Shown piece after piece: positions 9,714 through 20,012 of a DNA stretch of 64,000 bases. The notes under the pieces are model-generated. The model was not told the origin of the DNA, ran no database searches, and worked only from the letters and a program-made list of their open reading frames with translations. This stretch comes from Bacteroidota bacterium (lineage in GTDB: Bacteria; Bacteroidota; Bacteroidia; Bacteroidales; FEN-979), in NCBI GenBank assembly GCA_026391735.1, contig JAPLDL010000017.1:11522-75521 (forward strand), in the 5' to 3' direction. The translations under genes were made by a program, and so were the position numbers. Every line of letters begins with the position of its first letter. Position 1 is the first letter of the stretch.

Positions 9714-10281
9714 AAGAGAACAATTAGTGAACATGGTTATAGCACCCTATGTTCAGAAAGCCACAGCATTACGTGGGATTAAACGTCATGTTGGGGGGAA
9801 CCAGTTCCGGCACGCATTAAGCACTTATGCTATACTTATTGATTATCATTATGTTGATCAGGTCTTACTAAAGGCTTCAGTGATCCATGATCTTTTTGAA
9901 GATGTAAAATGTGTGTCTCGGGAGGAGATCATGAACCTGGATTCGGACGGACCTGCAGTATTGGTTTTAGTACTTGAGGTGACGAAAAAGAAGGATGAAA
10001 CCAAAGACCAGTACCTTGAAAGGCTTCTGAAAAAAGGCAGCGAGAATGCAAAAACCCTAAAATGTGCCGACCGTATAAGTAACCTTACCGATCTTCATCC
10101 CGACATTTTCGACAAGGAGTTTATCCACCGTTATCTTAATGAAACCAAAAAGTGGGTGATTCCAATGGCAGAACAGGTCAACCGGAATATGCTGTATGAA
10201 CTGGAAGATCTGCTGCACCGAAGGGAAGCCTTGCTCAGATTCACGCCCTTAGGCTGGCCTTTCCACAAAAAGCACAGCTAA
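9700..10281 (+). CDS. HD-domain hydrolase, small alarmone hydrolase/Mesh1-like
   Basis: R-x5-FRH, IHDLFED, LEVTK and LKCADRISN motifs of the RSH HD domain; no synthetase domain. Confidence 0.75.
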   Translation: MENSEREQLVNMVIAPYVQKATALRGIKRHVGGNQFRHALSTYAILIDYHYVDQVLLKASVIHDLFEDVKCVSREEIMNLDSDGPAVLVLVLEVTKKKDETKDQYLERLLKKGSENAKTLKCADRISNLTDLHPDIFDKEFIHRYLNETKKWVIPMAEQVNRNMLYELEDLLHRREALLRFTPLGWPFHKKHS

Positions 10282-12134
10282 GCCAGGGCAGTCTCCCTGA
10301 TCACATCCTCTTCGACTTTCAGGTTGTCAATGATGAAATTCTGGCGATCCGGTGTATTTTTCCCCATATAGAAATTCAGAACTTCCTGGAAAGATGAGTC
10401 TTTTGTAAGGATCACCGGATCAAGGCGCATATTACCACCAATAAAAAATTTAAACTCATCAGGGGAGATTTCACCCAGGCCTTTAAATCGTGTGATCTCA
10501 GGATTTCCTCCCAATTTCTCAATAGCCGACCTTTTCTCTCCTTCCGAATAACAGTACATGGTCTTCTGTTTGTTCCTGACCCTGAAAAGCGGTGTTTGAA
10601 GGATAAACAGGTGGTTATTCCTAACCAGGTCAGGATAGAATTGCAGGAAAAAGGTCAGCATCAATAAACGGATATGCATCCCGTCAACATCGGCATCGGT
10701 GGCAACCACGACATAATTGTACCTGAGATTTTCGAGCCCTTCCTCAATATTAAGTGCAGATTGCAAAAGGTTAAACTCCTCATTTTCATAGACTACCCTT
10801 TTGCTAAGGCCGAAACAGTTCAGCGGTTTTCCTTTAAGGCTGAAAACTGCCTGGGTGTTTACGTCCCTGGCTTTGGTTATCGAACCGCTGGCAGAATCAC
10901 CTTCGGTGATAAAGATGGTCGATTCGTACCGGCGGTCATCATGGTTATTATAATGTATCCTGCAATCTCTAAGCTTTTTATTGTGGAGGCTTACCTTTTT
11001 AACGCTTTCTTTGGCAATTTTTTTAATATTGGCCCATTCCTTTCGTTCTTTTTCGGACTGCAGGATCTTTCTGAGCAGGGCTTCAGCCGTTTCAGTATTC
11101 ATATACAGGTAATTATCAAGATGCTTCTTGACAATATCCATAATATAATTGCGAATCGTTTGTCCGTCGGGCTCAATATAGAGAGATCCCAGTTTGGTCT
11201 TTGTCTGGGATTCGAACACAGGATCCTGCACCTTGATACTTAAAGCCACAATGAGCGAAGCTTTAATATCGTTGGTATCAAAATCCTTTTTATAAAATTC
11301 ACGTATTGTTCTGACCAGGGCTTCGCGGAAGGCAGCCTGGTGAGTTCCTCCCTGTGTTGTATGCTGTCCGTTTACAAAAGAATAATATTCTTCCCCGTAC
11401 ATCTCACAATGTGTAAACGCGAATTCAAAATCACCCTCCTTAAGATGGACAACGGGGTATAATTTCGGGGTATCGATATAGGAATTCAGAAGGTCCATAA
11501 GCCCGTTCTGGGAGTAATAGCGTTCACCATTAAAGATCAGGGTGAGGCCATTATTCAGGAATGCATAATTCCAGAGCATTTTCTGGATATAGTCAGGAAT
11601 AAAATGATATTTACCGAAAAGGTCTTCATCGGGAGTAAAAGTCACTATGGTCCCCGCCCTCAGGTCACATGGCTTGTCGTGATCGTCATGGATAAGTTCG
11701 CCCCTGTTGAATTCCACAACCCTTGTATGGCCATCACGAATAGCTTGTACTTTAAAATATGAAGAAAGTCCGTTAACCGCTTTCGCTCCCACCCCGTTAA
11801 GCCCTACAGCTTTTTTAAACACCTTTGAATCATATTTGGCTCCGGTGTTTATCTTTGAAACGCACTCAACGAGTTTGCCCAGAGGGATGCCACGGCCATA
11901 GTCACGAACGCAAACCTGCTGATCCTTGATTGTTATTTCAATCGTTTTGCCATATCCCATGACATATTCATCGATGGCATTATCAACGATCTCTTTGATA
12001 AGCACATAAATCCCATCATCCGGAGAAGAACCGTCGCCAAGTTTGCCGATATACATACCGGGTCGCAGTCGGATATGTTCCTTCCATTCCAGGGAGCGAA
12101 TACTATCTTCATTATAGGCTTCTTCCTTGAACAT
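10278..12134 (-). CDS. parE: DNA topoisomerase IV subunit B (Bacteroidota type)
   Basis: [49 protein letters not shown]. Confidence 0.92.
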   Translation of the reverse strand: MFKEEAYNEDSIRSLEWKEHIRLRPGMYIGKLGDGSSPDDGIYVLIKEIVDNAIDEYVMGYGKTIEITIKDQQVCVRDYGRGIPLGKLVECVSKINTGAKYDSKVFKKAVGLNGVGAKAVNGLSSYFKVQAIRDGHTRVVEFNRGELIHDDHDKPCDLRAGTIVTFTPDEDLFGKYHFIPDYIQKMLWNYAFLNNGLTLIFNGERYYSQNGLMDLLNSYIDTPKLYPVVHLKEGDFEFAFTHCEMYGEEYYSFVNGQHTTQGGTHQAAFREALVRTIREFYKKDFDTNDIKASLIVALSIKVQDPVFESQTKTKLGSLYIEPDGQTIRNYIMDIVKKHLDNYLYMNTETAEALLRKILQSEKERKEWANIKKIAKESVKKVSLHNKKLRDCRIHYNNHDDRRYESTIFITEGDSASGSITKARDVNTQAVFSLKGKPLNCFGLSKRVVYENEEFNLLQSALNIEEGLENLRYNYVVVATDADVDGMHIRLLMLTFFLQFYPDLVRNNHLFILQTPLFRVRNKQKTMYCYSEGEKRSAIEKLGGNPEITRFKGLGEISPDEFKFFIGGNMRLDPVILTKDSSFQEVLNFYMGKNTPDRQNFIIDNLKVEEDVIRETALA

Positions 12135-12213
12135 ACCGACGATTGATTTTTAAGAAAAAGCATACCTGGCGTTTCATCCGTGTATGCATTGGATCTGGAT
12201 TTTTTTGAATGCG

Positions 12214-12221
12214 CAAATATA
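12214..12221 (-). promoter_or_regulatory. -7 promoter element (TATATTTG) for parE
   Basis: Matches TAnnTTTG, 80 bp upstream of the ATG. Confidence 0.45.
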
Positions 12222-12331
12222 ACCGAAACTCCTTGTCGGAATTGACGGATTTACCAAATCTTATCGGAAAGTTATTCACAAGAAAAGGAATTCCGTTACT
12301 TTGCATCCAGTAACAATCTGATCTAGCACAT

Positions 12332-13111
12332 ATGGAACTTATAAAAATTGACATCATTGACTCGATAGGGTGGATCACACTCAACCATGATGCAAAACGG
12401 AATGCATTAAGCCGTGCTCTTTTAAACGAGTTGCTCGACGCTTTGCATGAGATGGAAACGCATAAAGTAAGGGTTATCATCCTTAGAGCAAACAAAGGTG
12501 CAAAAGTATGGTCCTCAGGTTTTAACATCGACGAACTGCCCCGTGATGGGAGCGACCCTCTGGCCTACGATAATCCCCTTCAAAAGGTGATCCGGGCCAT
12601 CATGCGCATCCCTGTGCCGGTGATCGCTATGGCCGAAGGCAGTATCTGGGGAGGGGCGTGCAACGTTGCCATTGTTTGCGACATGGTTATCGGCACTAAA
12701 GATACCTGCCTTGCAATAACTCCGGCGAAGATCGGGGTGCCATACAACACTTCAGGGATCCTGCAGTTCCTCGATATCATGGGCTCCCATATTGCAAAGG
12801 AAATGTTCTTCACTGCAGAGCCTATATCGGCTGAAAGAGCGCTAAGCCTGGGGATCATCAATCATATTGTAGAGAAGGAAGAACTTGAAAACTTCACAGT
12901 TAACATTGCCAACAGGATCATAGCCAATTCCCCTCTCAGTATTCAGGTCATAAAAGAACAGCTGAACATTTTAGGAAATTCTTTACCGATCTCACCCAGC
13001 GTGTTTGAGCATATTGACATGCTCAGGGGCAAAGCCGGTACCAGCACTGACTATATCGAAGGAATAAGGTCTTTTTATGAGAAGAGAAAGCCGATCTTTA
13101 TAGGTGAGTGA
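12332..13111 (+). CDS. scpB: crotonase-fold methylmalonyl-CoA decarboxylase (ScpB-like)
   Basis: Closely parallels E. coli ScpB as recalled: ELPRDGSDPLAYDNPL, EGSIWGGA, GVPYN, FTAEPISAERAL, EKRKPIFIG. Confidence 0.8.
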   Translation: MELIKIDIIDSIGWITLNHDAKRNALSRALLNELLDALHEMETHKVRVIILRANKGAKVWSSGFNIDELPRDGSDPLAYDNPLQKVIRAIMRIPVPVIAMAEGSIWGGACNVAIVCDMVIGTKDTCLAITPAKIGVPYNTSGILQFLDIMGSHIAKEMFFTAEPISAERALSLGIINHIVEKEELENFTVNIANRIIANSPLSIQVIKEQLNILGNSLPISPSVFEHIDMLRGKAGTSTDYIEGIRSFYEKRKPIFIGE

Positions 13112-13191
13112 CGGATTATTATAGTGGTTTTACCGAAAAAATTTTAGTCAGAAGGATCTTTGGTCTACTTTTATGTAAAATCCCAGAAAGC

Positions 13192-14622
13192 ATGAAAAAA
13201 ACCTTACTCCTGGCAATATCCGTTATTGTATTTTTACCACTTGTGAATGCAACAAGGCTTTTGGTACCTTCGCAATATGCAAGTATTCAGGCAGCCATCA
13301 ATGCTGCATCCGTTCATGATACAGTCCTTGTATCGCCGGGGACCTATTACGAGAATATCAACTTCAGAGCAAAGGGCATTGTTGTAACCAGTACATATAT
13401 CTTCACTCATGACACGTCAACGATAGGCACAACGATAATCGATGGCAGCCAGCCATTGAATCCCGATTCGGCCAGTTGTGTTATCATTGCAAGCAAGAAT
13501 CCCTCGACTGCTTTGGACACCACTGCAATGCTTATTGGATTTAAAATCACTGGAGGAACAGGCACTAAGTGGGATGATGAGCATAACCAGGGGACCATCT
13601 ACCATGAAGGCGGCGGCATTCTTGTCCAGTATTTGTCGCCCAGGATACTTCACAACCGGATTACTTTAAATCATGCGACTGACGTTAGCGGAGGTATGGC
13701 CAGCGCAGGAGGAGGCGGCATCCGTTGCGGGGACAGCAATCCGCTGATAGAAAATAATGTAATCGACAACAACCAGGGCAAATACGGAGCAGGGATTGTT
13801 TTTAATTACTGTGGTGGAATTATAAGGAACAATCTCATTGCCCACAATACAGGAGGGCAGGATTTTGGAGGAAGCGGCTTATGGATCCTGGGTGTGAATT
13901 CGCAGGGTTCGCCTAGGCTGGTCACCAATAATACGATCATTTACAATTATGCGACCGGTGCCGGAGGCGGCATCAGGGCATGGAGCACCACGATGACTGT
14001 TACCAACAATATCCTCTGGGGAAATACAGCCTCTCAGGGCAAACAGATATTTGCAACTGGAGGCAGTGTTACAGTGAGGTACAATGACATCCAGGACGGA
14101 TACAGCGGGACCGGAAATATCAACATGAACCCTGAATTCGATTTGATCAATTATTACCTCTCCGGCACATCTCCATGCATCGATAAAGGAGATTCAACCT
14201 CAGTATATAATGATCTGGCCGATCCGGTTAATCCTTCGTTGGCTAAATTCCCTTCCAACGGCTTACTGAGGAATGATATAGGCGCATACGGAGGTCCGAA
14301 TGCAAGCCTGCTTTCGCCATTAAGTACTATCTGGACAGGAGGGCCGGAATTAAATATGGATTCGGAACCGGAGATCCTCATTATCCCTAATCCGGTAAGG
14401 GATGAGGCCGATATTGTAATGCACCTCAGGATTAAAGACCAGGTCAGCACCGATTTGTTTGATGTAAAGGGAAATGCCGTCAGGCACCTGGCATTGGATT
14501 TTTCAAATGAGAAAGATTCCAGGATCAGGTTCTCAAGAGGCAAACTGTCGTCGGGAAATTATTGGTTAGTTCTTACCTCCGGCCAACAGGTGCTTGCCAG
14601 GAAATCACTGATCATTAATTAG
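13192..14622 (+). CDS. T9SS-secreted right-handed beta-helix (pectin-lyase-like) protein
   Basis: Signal peptide MKKTLLLAIS, SIQAAINAA, GGGI/N-rich beta-helix repeats, SPCIDKG, DIGAYGG; C-terminal IPNP...SGNYW..L..RKSLI T9SS CTD. Confidence 0.8.
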   Translation: MKKTLLLAISVIVFLPLVNATRLLVPSQYASIQAAINAASVHDTVLVSPGTYYENINFRAKGIVVTSTYIFTHDTSTIGTTIIDGSQPLNPDSASCVIIASKNPSTALDTTAMLIGFKITGGTGTKWDDEHNQGTIYHEGGGILVQYLSPRILHNRITLNHATDVSGGMASAGGGGIRCGDSNPLIENNVIDNNQGKYGAGIVFNYCGGIIRNNLIAHNTGGQDFGGSGLWILGVNSQGSPRLVTNNTIIYNYATGAGGGIRAWSTTMTVTNNILWGNTASQGKQIFATGGSVTVRYNDIQDGYSGTGNINMNPEFDLINYYLSGTSPCIDKGDSTSVYNDLADPVNPSLAKFPSNGLLRNDIGAYGGPNASLLSPLSTIWTGGPELNMDSEPEILIIPNPVRDEADIVMHLRIKDQVSTDLFDVKGNAVRHLALDFSNEKDSRIRFSRGKLSSGNYWLVLTSGQQVLARKSLIIN

Positions 14623-15922
14623 ATTCGCTTTCGCTGCCCTTCCAGCTTAAATTCCTTACTTCGCCCAGCAGCAGTTTTATTTCGCTTCGTTTAAGGAGAA
14701 AGTCCCTGGCCGTTAAACGGGTCATCCTGGAAAATACAATAAACAGGTAAATCGTTGAAATAATGTAGGACACCGATGCAGTAATTGACGCGCCTATAAT
14801 ACCATACCTGGGAACCAGGAGAAAACCCAGTCCAAGAGTAAATACCAGTCCGATTGCTGAACTTATTGTATTATGATAGGGTTTATTGATACCCGAGAAG
14901 AAGTGGCTCAGGATCATGGAAAAACTAAGGGCAATGATCCCGGCTCCAAGGCAGGCGATGACAATTCTGATCATCCCGAATTCCGGTCCGAAGATCATCC
15001 TGAAAACAAATTCAGGCAGTGCAACCAGGCATAAGACTGCCAGGGTAGTTACAACGATGGTTATTTTCGAAAGAATAAGTGTCAGCCTGACGCTGTAATC
15101 AAAATCCATGGCGTTGGAAATGCGGGTGAACTGGACCATAGCCAGGCTGCGGCTTATGATCCAGAGTCCTTCCGAAATACTGAACCCTAATCCCATGACT
15201 CCAAGCGCAGCCCTGCCAAACCAGAAATCAACCATGTAATAACCGATACGGTAGTTCATCAGCTGAAAGATATTGGCAAACTGGGAATAGGTACCAAAGC
15301 GGAACATTTCCCTGAATATTGGTTTCAACCCGATGAGGGCTTCCACTTTCATATACTTCCACATCGGGATAAAACTGAAAACGAAAGAAATAAGGTAGGA
15401 AATGAGGATAGCCCAGTAGTATGCCATGACGGTCCTTACCTGAAAAATAAAAACAGCTGTTAACAGGCAGATGACGAGAACAATGATCTGAATTATGGTA
15501 AGTATGTTATACGTCTTCACCTTCTCTTTCCCGAGTAGCAGCATATAGTTGGCCGAAGTGAAGGACATTACTAAAGCGAGCACCAGAACCTGCGGGAAAT
15601 AACCGTGAGGTATGACTTCCAGCTGTTTTGAAATAGTCCCTGTAAATTCAAAAAAGAATGTTGCAATGATGGTAATGCCAAAGGTCCAGGCATAACTGGA
15701 GACAAACAGCTTAAAAAAACCGGCCCTGGGAGTCATATAAACCAGGGCCCCTCCGCCGATAAAGTTATTGAACAGTTGAATAAATGTTACCGAGAGCGTG
15801 ATCAAGGTAATGGTACCGAGGTTAACAGGGCCAAGGAATCTGGCATTAAGGAAACTGATCAGAAGCGTCAGGAATGCACTGATTACCCGGGTCCCGATTG
15901 TACCAATGATTTTTCTGAACAT
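14615..15922 (-). CDS. Wzx/MOP-family polysaccharide flippase
   Basis: About 12 TM helices, ARFLGP, LLVPRYGIIGASITASVSY. Confidence 0.85.
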   Translation of the reverse strand: MFRKIIGTIGTRVISAFLTLLISFLNARFLGPVNLGTITLITLSVTFIQLFNNFIGGGALVYMTPRAGFFKLFVSSYAWTFGITIIATFFFEFTGTISKQLEVIPHGYFPQVLVLALVMSFTSANYMLLLGKEKVKTYNILTIIQIIVLVICLLTAVFIFQVRTVMAYYWAILISYLISFVFSFIPMWKYMKVEALIGLKPIFREMFRFGTYSQFANIFQLMNYRIGYYMVDFWFGRAALGVMGLGFSISEGLWIISRSLAMVQFTRISNAMDFDYSVRLTLILSKITIVVTTLAVLCLVALPEFVFRMIFGPEFGMIRIVIACLGAGIIALSFSMILSHFFSGINKPYHNTISSAIGLVFTLGLGFLLVPRYGIIGASITASVSYIISTIYLFIVFSRMTRLTARDFLLKRSEIKLLLGEVRNLSWKGSESESN

Positions 15923-15930
15923 CGGGAATT

Positions 15931-17601
15931 TTAGTGTTTCCGAAATTTATGGCGGGCCTGGCGACCAAAATGGGAGAAATTGAATTTGGTCCGTTTTGAA
16001 TCAACCAGAGTATACCTTCCCAGGCCAAAGACAGTATGGAATCCTTTGGAATATCTTGTATTTGCTAACGGACCAACATAGTTAACAAACTCTTCAGAGA
16101 ATTCCGTTTCGGTGAGTGTAATGATCCTGTTGATCGCAATTCTTCCTCCATATGTCTTCGAACAGTCCTGGGCAGGCCGGTATAGTTCACCCTCATGAAT
16201 AAAAGGTAATCCAGCAGGTCTTGACGATCTGATATCCATTTTCACCGGGTTGCAGGGATGAGGTTTGTATTCCCCTTCAAGCTCATCCGCAAAATAGATA
16301 TAAAGATGTGTATTGGAATATTTTCTTAGGGTAAAAAACAACCACCATTTATCATGATGATTGATCAGGGTGGGATCAACGGCATCAATTTGGTCAAGCA
16401 GAACATGGTCCTCAACAAAAATGCCTTCCGAATAATTGCGCTTATACAATCCTATATACCCATATCGATAAGACTCGGGCAAACAGTAAATATTCTCTCC
16501 GTGGACAAAAATAAAAGGATACGAAAGATGTTCCTTGCTTTCTATTGATTTAAGGGGTACCGAAAACGTATTGGAATGAGGATCAAAAACCGATTCGGAG
16601 ATATTTGCTTTATTATCAGCATAAGAATAGTCCTCCATAAGAATATGAACTTTGTTCTCCTCTATAAATCCGGCCGGATCGGCAAAATAATTCCTGGAAC
16701 TTCTCTCCCTCATCCACAACACATCTTCAGGTCCAACCGGTTTATCCGAGAAAACAAGTTCCTGAACCGAAGTATTGATAATACCTATATTCCATCGTTC
16801 GGCCCTGAACAGGTCATTCCAGTAAAACGCTATCCTGTTCCTGATCAGTTTGAGCAGGAAATAGAACATTTTCAGGTTTCCCGGCACTTTATAAACAGCT
16901 GCGGAAGTTGTGGAAGGAAGACCGGGTTTATATCCCAGGGATGCTATCTGGTTTGCCATATCGGCAGGCCAGGCCGAAGAAATAAGAAGCAATACATCCA
17001 GGTTGGTCTTGTAGGAATGAAATAATGTCTTCATCCATGCCTTCTTCAACACTATTCCGGCATCAAGTTTGTCGGTCAGCCGCTGCATCATAGCGGCACT
17101 AACGGTGTCATTCTTATAAATAGGCCAGAAACCCGGTGGGCCCCCGCGGTATTTTTCTTCATCATCATGATGGAACGACCATATACCATATTTTGCCGCA
17201 TTCAGTATCTCACCGCGAAGGATATTAAAACCAAAACGAAGAATAAAATCAAGATGAGCTGATTTTATCGCATCCAGATCTTCTGCAGAAAAATATTCCG
17301 CAAAATGCTCTGCTGTTACAGTGCAAACCCTGCGCTGAACGCTGCGAAGTTCAGGTTCCATATCAACCAGGGTTTTCTGACCGTGTTTGAATAACAGCCT
17401 TACAGAAGCTCTCCAAAGCAGGGAATACTTTTGGGGTTTGAAAGCCGGTTTAGGTTCCTTCTGCACCCCTGCATAGCGACCGTCCATAATTAAAAGGGCC
17501 GGACTGTGACCGTTTTGAATCAACAGGCGAATGGCCTCCGATTGCCACTTCTGAAACGATGTCCCGGAGCACATGACCCCGAATGTCAATCCTTCTGCCA
17601 T
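15931..17601 (-). CDS. formyltransferase-like domain fused to a five-bladed beta-propeller (GINT1 N-terminal/GH43-like) domain
   Basis: WSFHH..EKYRGGPPGFW and DKLDAG (formyltransferase); YFADP, HLSYPF, AVDPT, SRPAG and RPAQDC (propeller). Confidence 0.75.
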   Translation of the reverse strand: MAEGLTFGVMCSGTSFQKWQSEAIRLLIQNGHSPALLIMDGRYAGVQKEPKPAFKPQKYSLLWRASVRLLFKHGQKTLVDMEPELRSVQRRVCTVTAEHFAEYFSAEDLDAIKSAHLDFILRFGFNILRGEILNAAKYGIWSFHHDDEEKYRGGPPGFWPIYKNDTVSAAMMQRLTDKLDAGIVLKKAWMKTLFHSYKTNLDVLLLISSAWPADMANQIASLGYKPGLPSTTSAAVYKVPGNLKMFYFLLKLIRNRIAFYWNDLFRAERWNIGIINTSVQELVFSDKPVGPEDVLWMRERSSRNYFADPAGFIEENKVHILMEDYSYADNKANISESVFDPHSNTFSVPLKSIESKEHLSYPFIFVHGENIYCLPESYRYGYIGLYKRNYSEGIFVEDHVLLDQIDAVDPTLINHHDKWWLFFTLRKYSNTHLYIYFADELEGEYKPHPCNPVKMDIRSSRPAGLPFIHEGELYRPAQDCSKTYGGRIAINRIITLTETEFSEEFVNYVGPLANTRYSKGFHTVFGLGRYTLVDSKRTKFNFSHFGRQARHKFRKH

Positions 17602-18767
17602 GTTTTAATGATTTCATTATAAATTCCCGTAAGTTCTCCCGATATCGCAACATCAGAAAACGAACCGGCAACGGATTCATGCAGTTTATTATAATCAAAG
17701 GTAGGATAAATATCCAGCATTTTTTCGATCCCCTCCATAATTTGATCAACAGAAGGTTGTTGAATAAGTATTCCATTGTCCTCACCGATGACTGAATCGG
17801 CTATTCCTGTCCTTGTAGAAACAACCGGAATACCACAGGCCAGGGCTTCGATAATGACAGTGCCAAAAGTCTCATAACGGCTTGTCTGAACCAGGAAAGA
17901 AGAGGTCTGGTACAACCTGATCAGCTCTCCATTGATTTTTATTCCTGTAAATTCTGTCTGCGGATGACAAAGTCCCAGTTTCCCGGCGTAGCTGAGCAGT
18001 TCAAGGTGATCGGGCCCCTCACCTACCAGCCGAACCCTGAAATCGTCCCTCTTTTTTAATAACCTCGCAATGGCATCCAGGAATACTTTGATATTTTTTG
18101 ATTTTTCTTCAAAACACGAAACATGTAAAATCAATGCTTTATCAGTTACAGGTTTTTTTTCAAGAGGCACGAATGCCGAAACATCGACAACATTAGGGAC
18201 AATAAATGTTTTTGGATGAACAAGATGTACTGCCTTCATTGCTTCGGCCAGAGGTTTGCTGACTACGATAAGCCCAGCAGACCTGTTAAGAAGAAAACGT
18301 GTTAGCCATTTCCTTATTACGCCCCTGTATGTTCCGTTCTCCTGAAAATATCTTGACCAGTGTTCTGAGATCAGATAAGGCCGCCCTTGTTTACGGGCCA
18401 TAAACCAGGTAAAAAAGATCTCCCTGGTGAGAATATGCCCGTGAACGACATCCACACTGAATGGCATCAGGCTCATATACCCATGATGATGTGCCCTGAT
18501 ATACCGGCCGGTATTGATCAGTTTTGAGATCAAATCAAGGCCGGGAGCGATTTTATAATATACACGGCATACATTGACTGAATTTTCAAGAGTATGAACG
18601 ATCTCATAGTTTTTTTTAACTAAAGGATCAGGGTGAACAGAAATAACCTGAACAGAATGTTCTTTCGCAAGAGCTTCAGCTTGTCGTTGAATAAAGAGCC
18701 CTGGCATCGGGTCAATCCGGCTCGGATACCATCGGGGGACAAACAGGATTTTCAGAACTCTATCCAA
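17586..18767 (-). CDS. GT4 family glycosyltransferase
   Basis: VPNVVD, KNIKVFLDA, SRYETFGTVIIEALACGIPVVST (E-x7-E motif). Confidence 0.92.
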   Translation of the reverse strand: MDRVLKILFVPRWYPSRIDPMPGLFIQRQAEALAKEHSVQVISVHPDPLVKKNYEIVHTLENSVNVCRVYYKIAPGLDLISKLINTGRYIRAHHHGYMSLMPFSVDVVHGHILTREIFFTWFMARKQGRPYLISEHWSRYFQENGTYRGVIRKWLTRFLLNRSAGLIVVSKPLAEAMKAVHLVHPKTFIVPNVVDVSAFVPLEKKPVTDKALILHVSCFEEKSKNIKVFLDAIARLLKKRDDFRVRLVGEGPDHLELLSYAGKLGLCHPQTEFTGIKINGELIRLYQTSSFLVQTSRYETFGTVIIEALACGIPVVSTRTGIADSVIGEDNGILIQQPSVDQIMEGIEKMLDIYPTFDYNKLHESVAGSFSDVAISGELTGIYNEIIKTWQKD

Positions 18768-18778
18768 CGACCTTGAAT

Positions 18779-19321
18779 TTAATCTGTGTTAACGATTTGA
18801 TTTTCAAATTTTTCACTGATGACTGAAATTGCATTATCGAGTCGGTCCCGGCCCAGCCCTCTGATCACATGAAAGGGATATCCCCGGGAATTCAATTCAG
18901 CGCAATATAGCTCAAAAAGTTCTTTCCTCAGCCCGGGATGCTCCCTGAGAGGATCAAATTCCCAGGGCAGGTCGATATCACAAAGCAGGTAAAGATCATA
19001 GATATGCCTCTCTACCTGTTGCTTTATCCAGGGGTGGCAGCTTCCGTATTTTACTTCACTCCATATCTTGGTAACAATGAATTCGGTATCACAGAACAGG
19101 TATCCCGAAGCCAACACCATGGCTTTCATTTCACATTCAAGTTGTCCCTGCGCAATAGTGAGGATATCCTTTTCATTATAGGAGGGTCCGTACACATTAA
19201 GGTATTCCCTGGCATACTCAGGGACCCAAACAGTCTTATAATATCCTGCAAGCTGTTCGGCAAGCATTGATTTACCTGTTGATTCCGGGCCTGTGATCGC
19301 TATTTTCCTGAGTTTGTCCAA
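18779..19321 (-). CDS. NadR-type ribosylnicotinamide kinase domain protein (AAA_28)
   Basis: AITGPESTGKS P-loop, VPEYAREY, FCDT, LPWEFDPLRE; follows pnuC; probable TTG start. Confidence 0.85.
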   Translation of the reverse strand: MDKLRKIAITGPESTGKSMLAEQLAGYYKTVWVPEYAREYLNVYGPSYNEKDILTIAQGQLECEMKAMVLASGYLFCDTEFIVTKIWSEVKYGSCHPWIKQQVERHIYDLYLLCDIDLPWEFDPLREHPGLRKELFELYCAELNSRGYPFHVIRGLGRDRLDNAISVISEKFENQIVNTD

Positions 19322-19325
19322 CAGA

Positions 19326-19934
19326 TCAGTAAGCTTGGGTGCCTTTGATTTTATATTTCCATTCCATCCATCCCAATACAGCAATAACAGTATACACCAG
19401 GTACTGAAAGCCTATAAAATACCACTTCAATAAGATACATAGTACGATCATGATCACATCCCCGATGATCCAGAGAGGCCAGTGCTGAATTTTCTTCCTG
19501 GCCATGAGCCACATGGCAACTGCGTAGAGTGCAGATGTAAACGAGTCGTAAAGGACATATTCATTATTATGCATTTTCCCGAGAATGTACCACAGGCCAA
19601 GGAAAAGAAGGATTATCAGGGCAGCGTATGCAAGCATTTCCTTCCGGCTGCATGATGTAATCATGATATGTTTTTCGCCCCCCACCTTCCTGAGCCAGTT
19701 GTACCAGCCATAAATATTCATGATGAAGTAGAAAACGTTTATTCCTGCATTGGCATAAATATTTCCCTTAAAATAGATGTAGGCCGAAAGTAGTACGCTG
19801 ACTCCGCCGATGGGGAAAGCCCAAACATTTTCTTTTTTAACAAGCCATACACTGACCAGTCCGGATAACACGGCTGAAAGTTCAACAACCGAGGCCTGAA
19901 ATATCCCGAAATTGATCAAAAAATCCTGGTTCAC
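19326..19934 (-). CDS. pnuC: nicotinamide riboside transporter PnuC
   Basis: ENVWAFPIG, YGWYNW, LMARKKIQHWPLW, GWMEW; probable GTG start at 19934. Confidence 0.9.
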   Translation of the reverse strand: MNQDFLINFGIFQASVVELSAVLSGLVSVWLVKKENVWAFPIGGVSVLLSAYIYFKGNIYANAGINVFYFIMNIYGWYNWLRKVGGEKHIMITSCSRKEMLAYAALIILLFLGLWYILGKMHNNEYVLYDSFTSALYAVAMWLMARKKIQHWPLWIIGDVIMIVLCILLKWYFIGFQYLVYTVIAVLGWMEWKYKIKGTQAY

Positions 19935-19938
19935 CGGG

Positions 19939-19987
19939 CAAAGGTAAATTAATACAGCGGTTTGCAAATCAGAAAAGACTAATTTTG
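19939..19987. promoter_or_regulatory. back-to-back -7 promoter elements for pnuC (minus) and the antiporter (plus)
   Basis: TACCTTTG on the minus strand at 19939-19946 and TAATTTTG on the plus strand at 19980-19987. Confidence 0.5.
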
Positions 19988-20012
19988 CAAACCGTAAGGA
20001 CCATGTTATAGT

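Noticed and set aside
10278-12134. parE without an adjacent parC
   Set aside because: Separated parE and parC genes are common in Bacteroidota.
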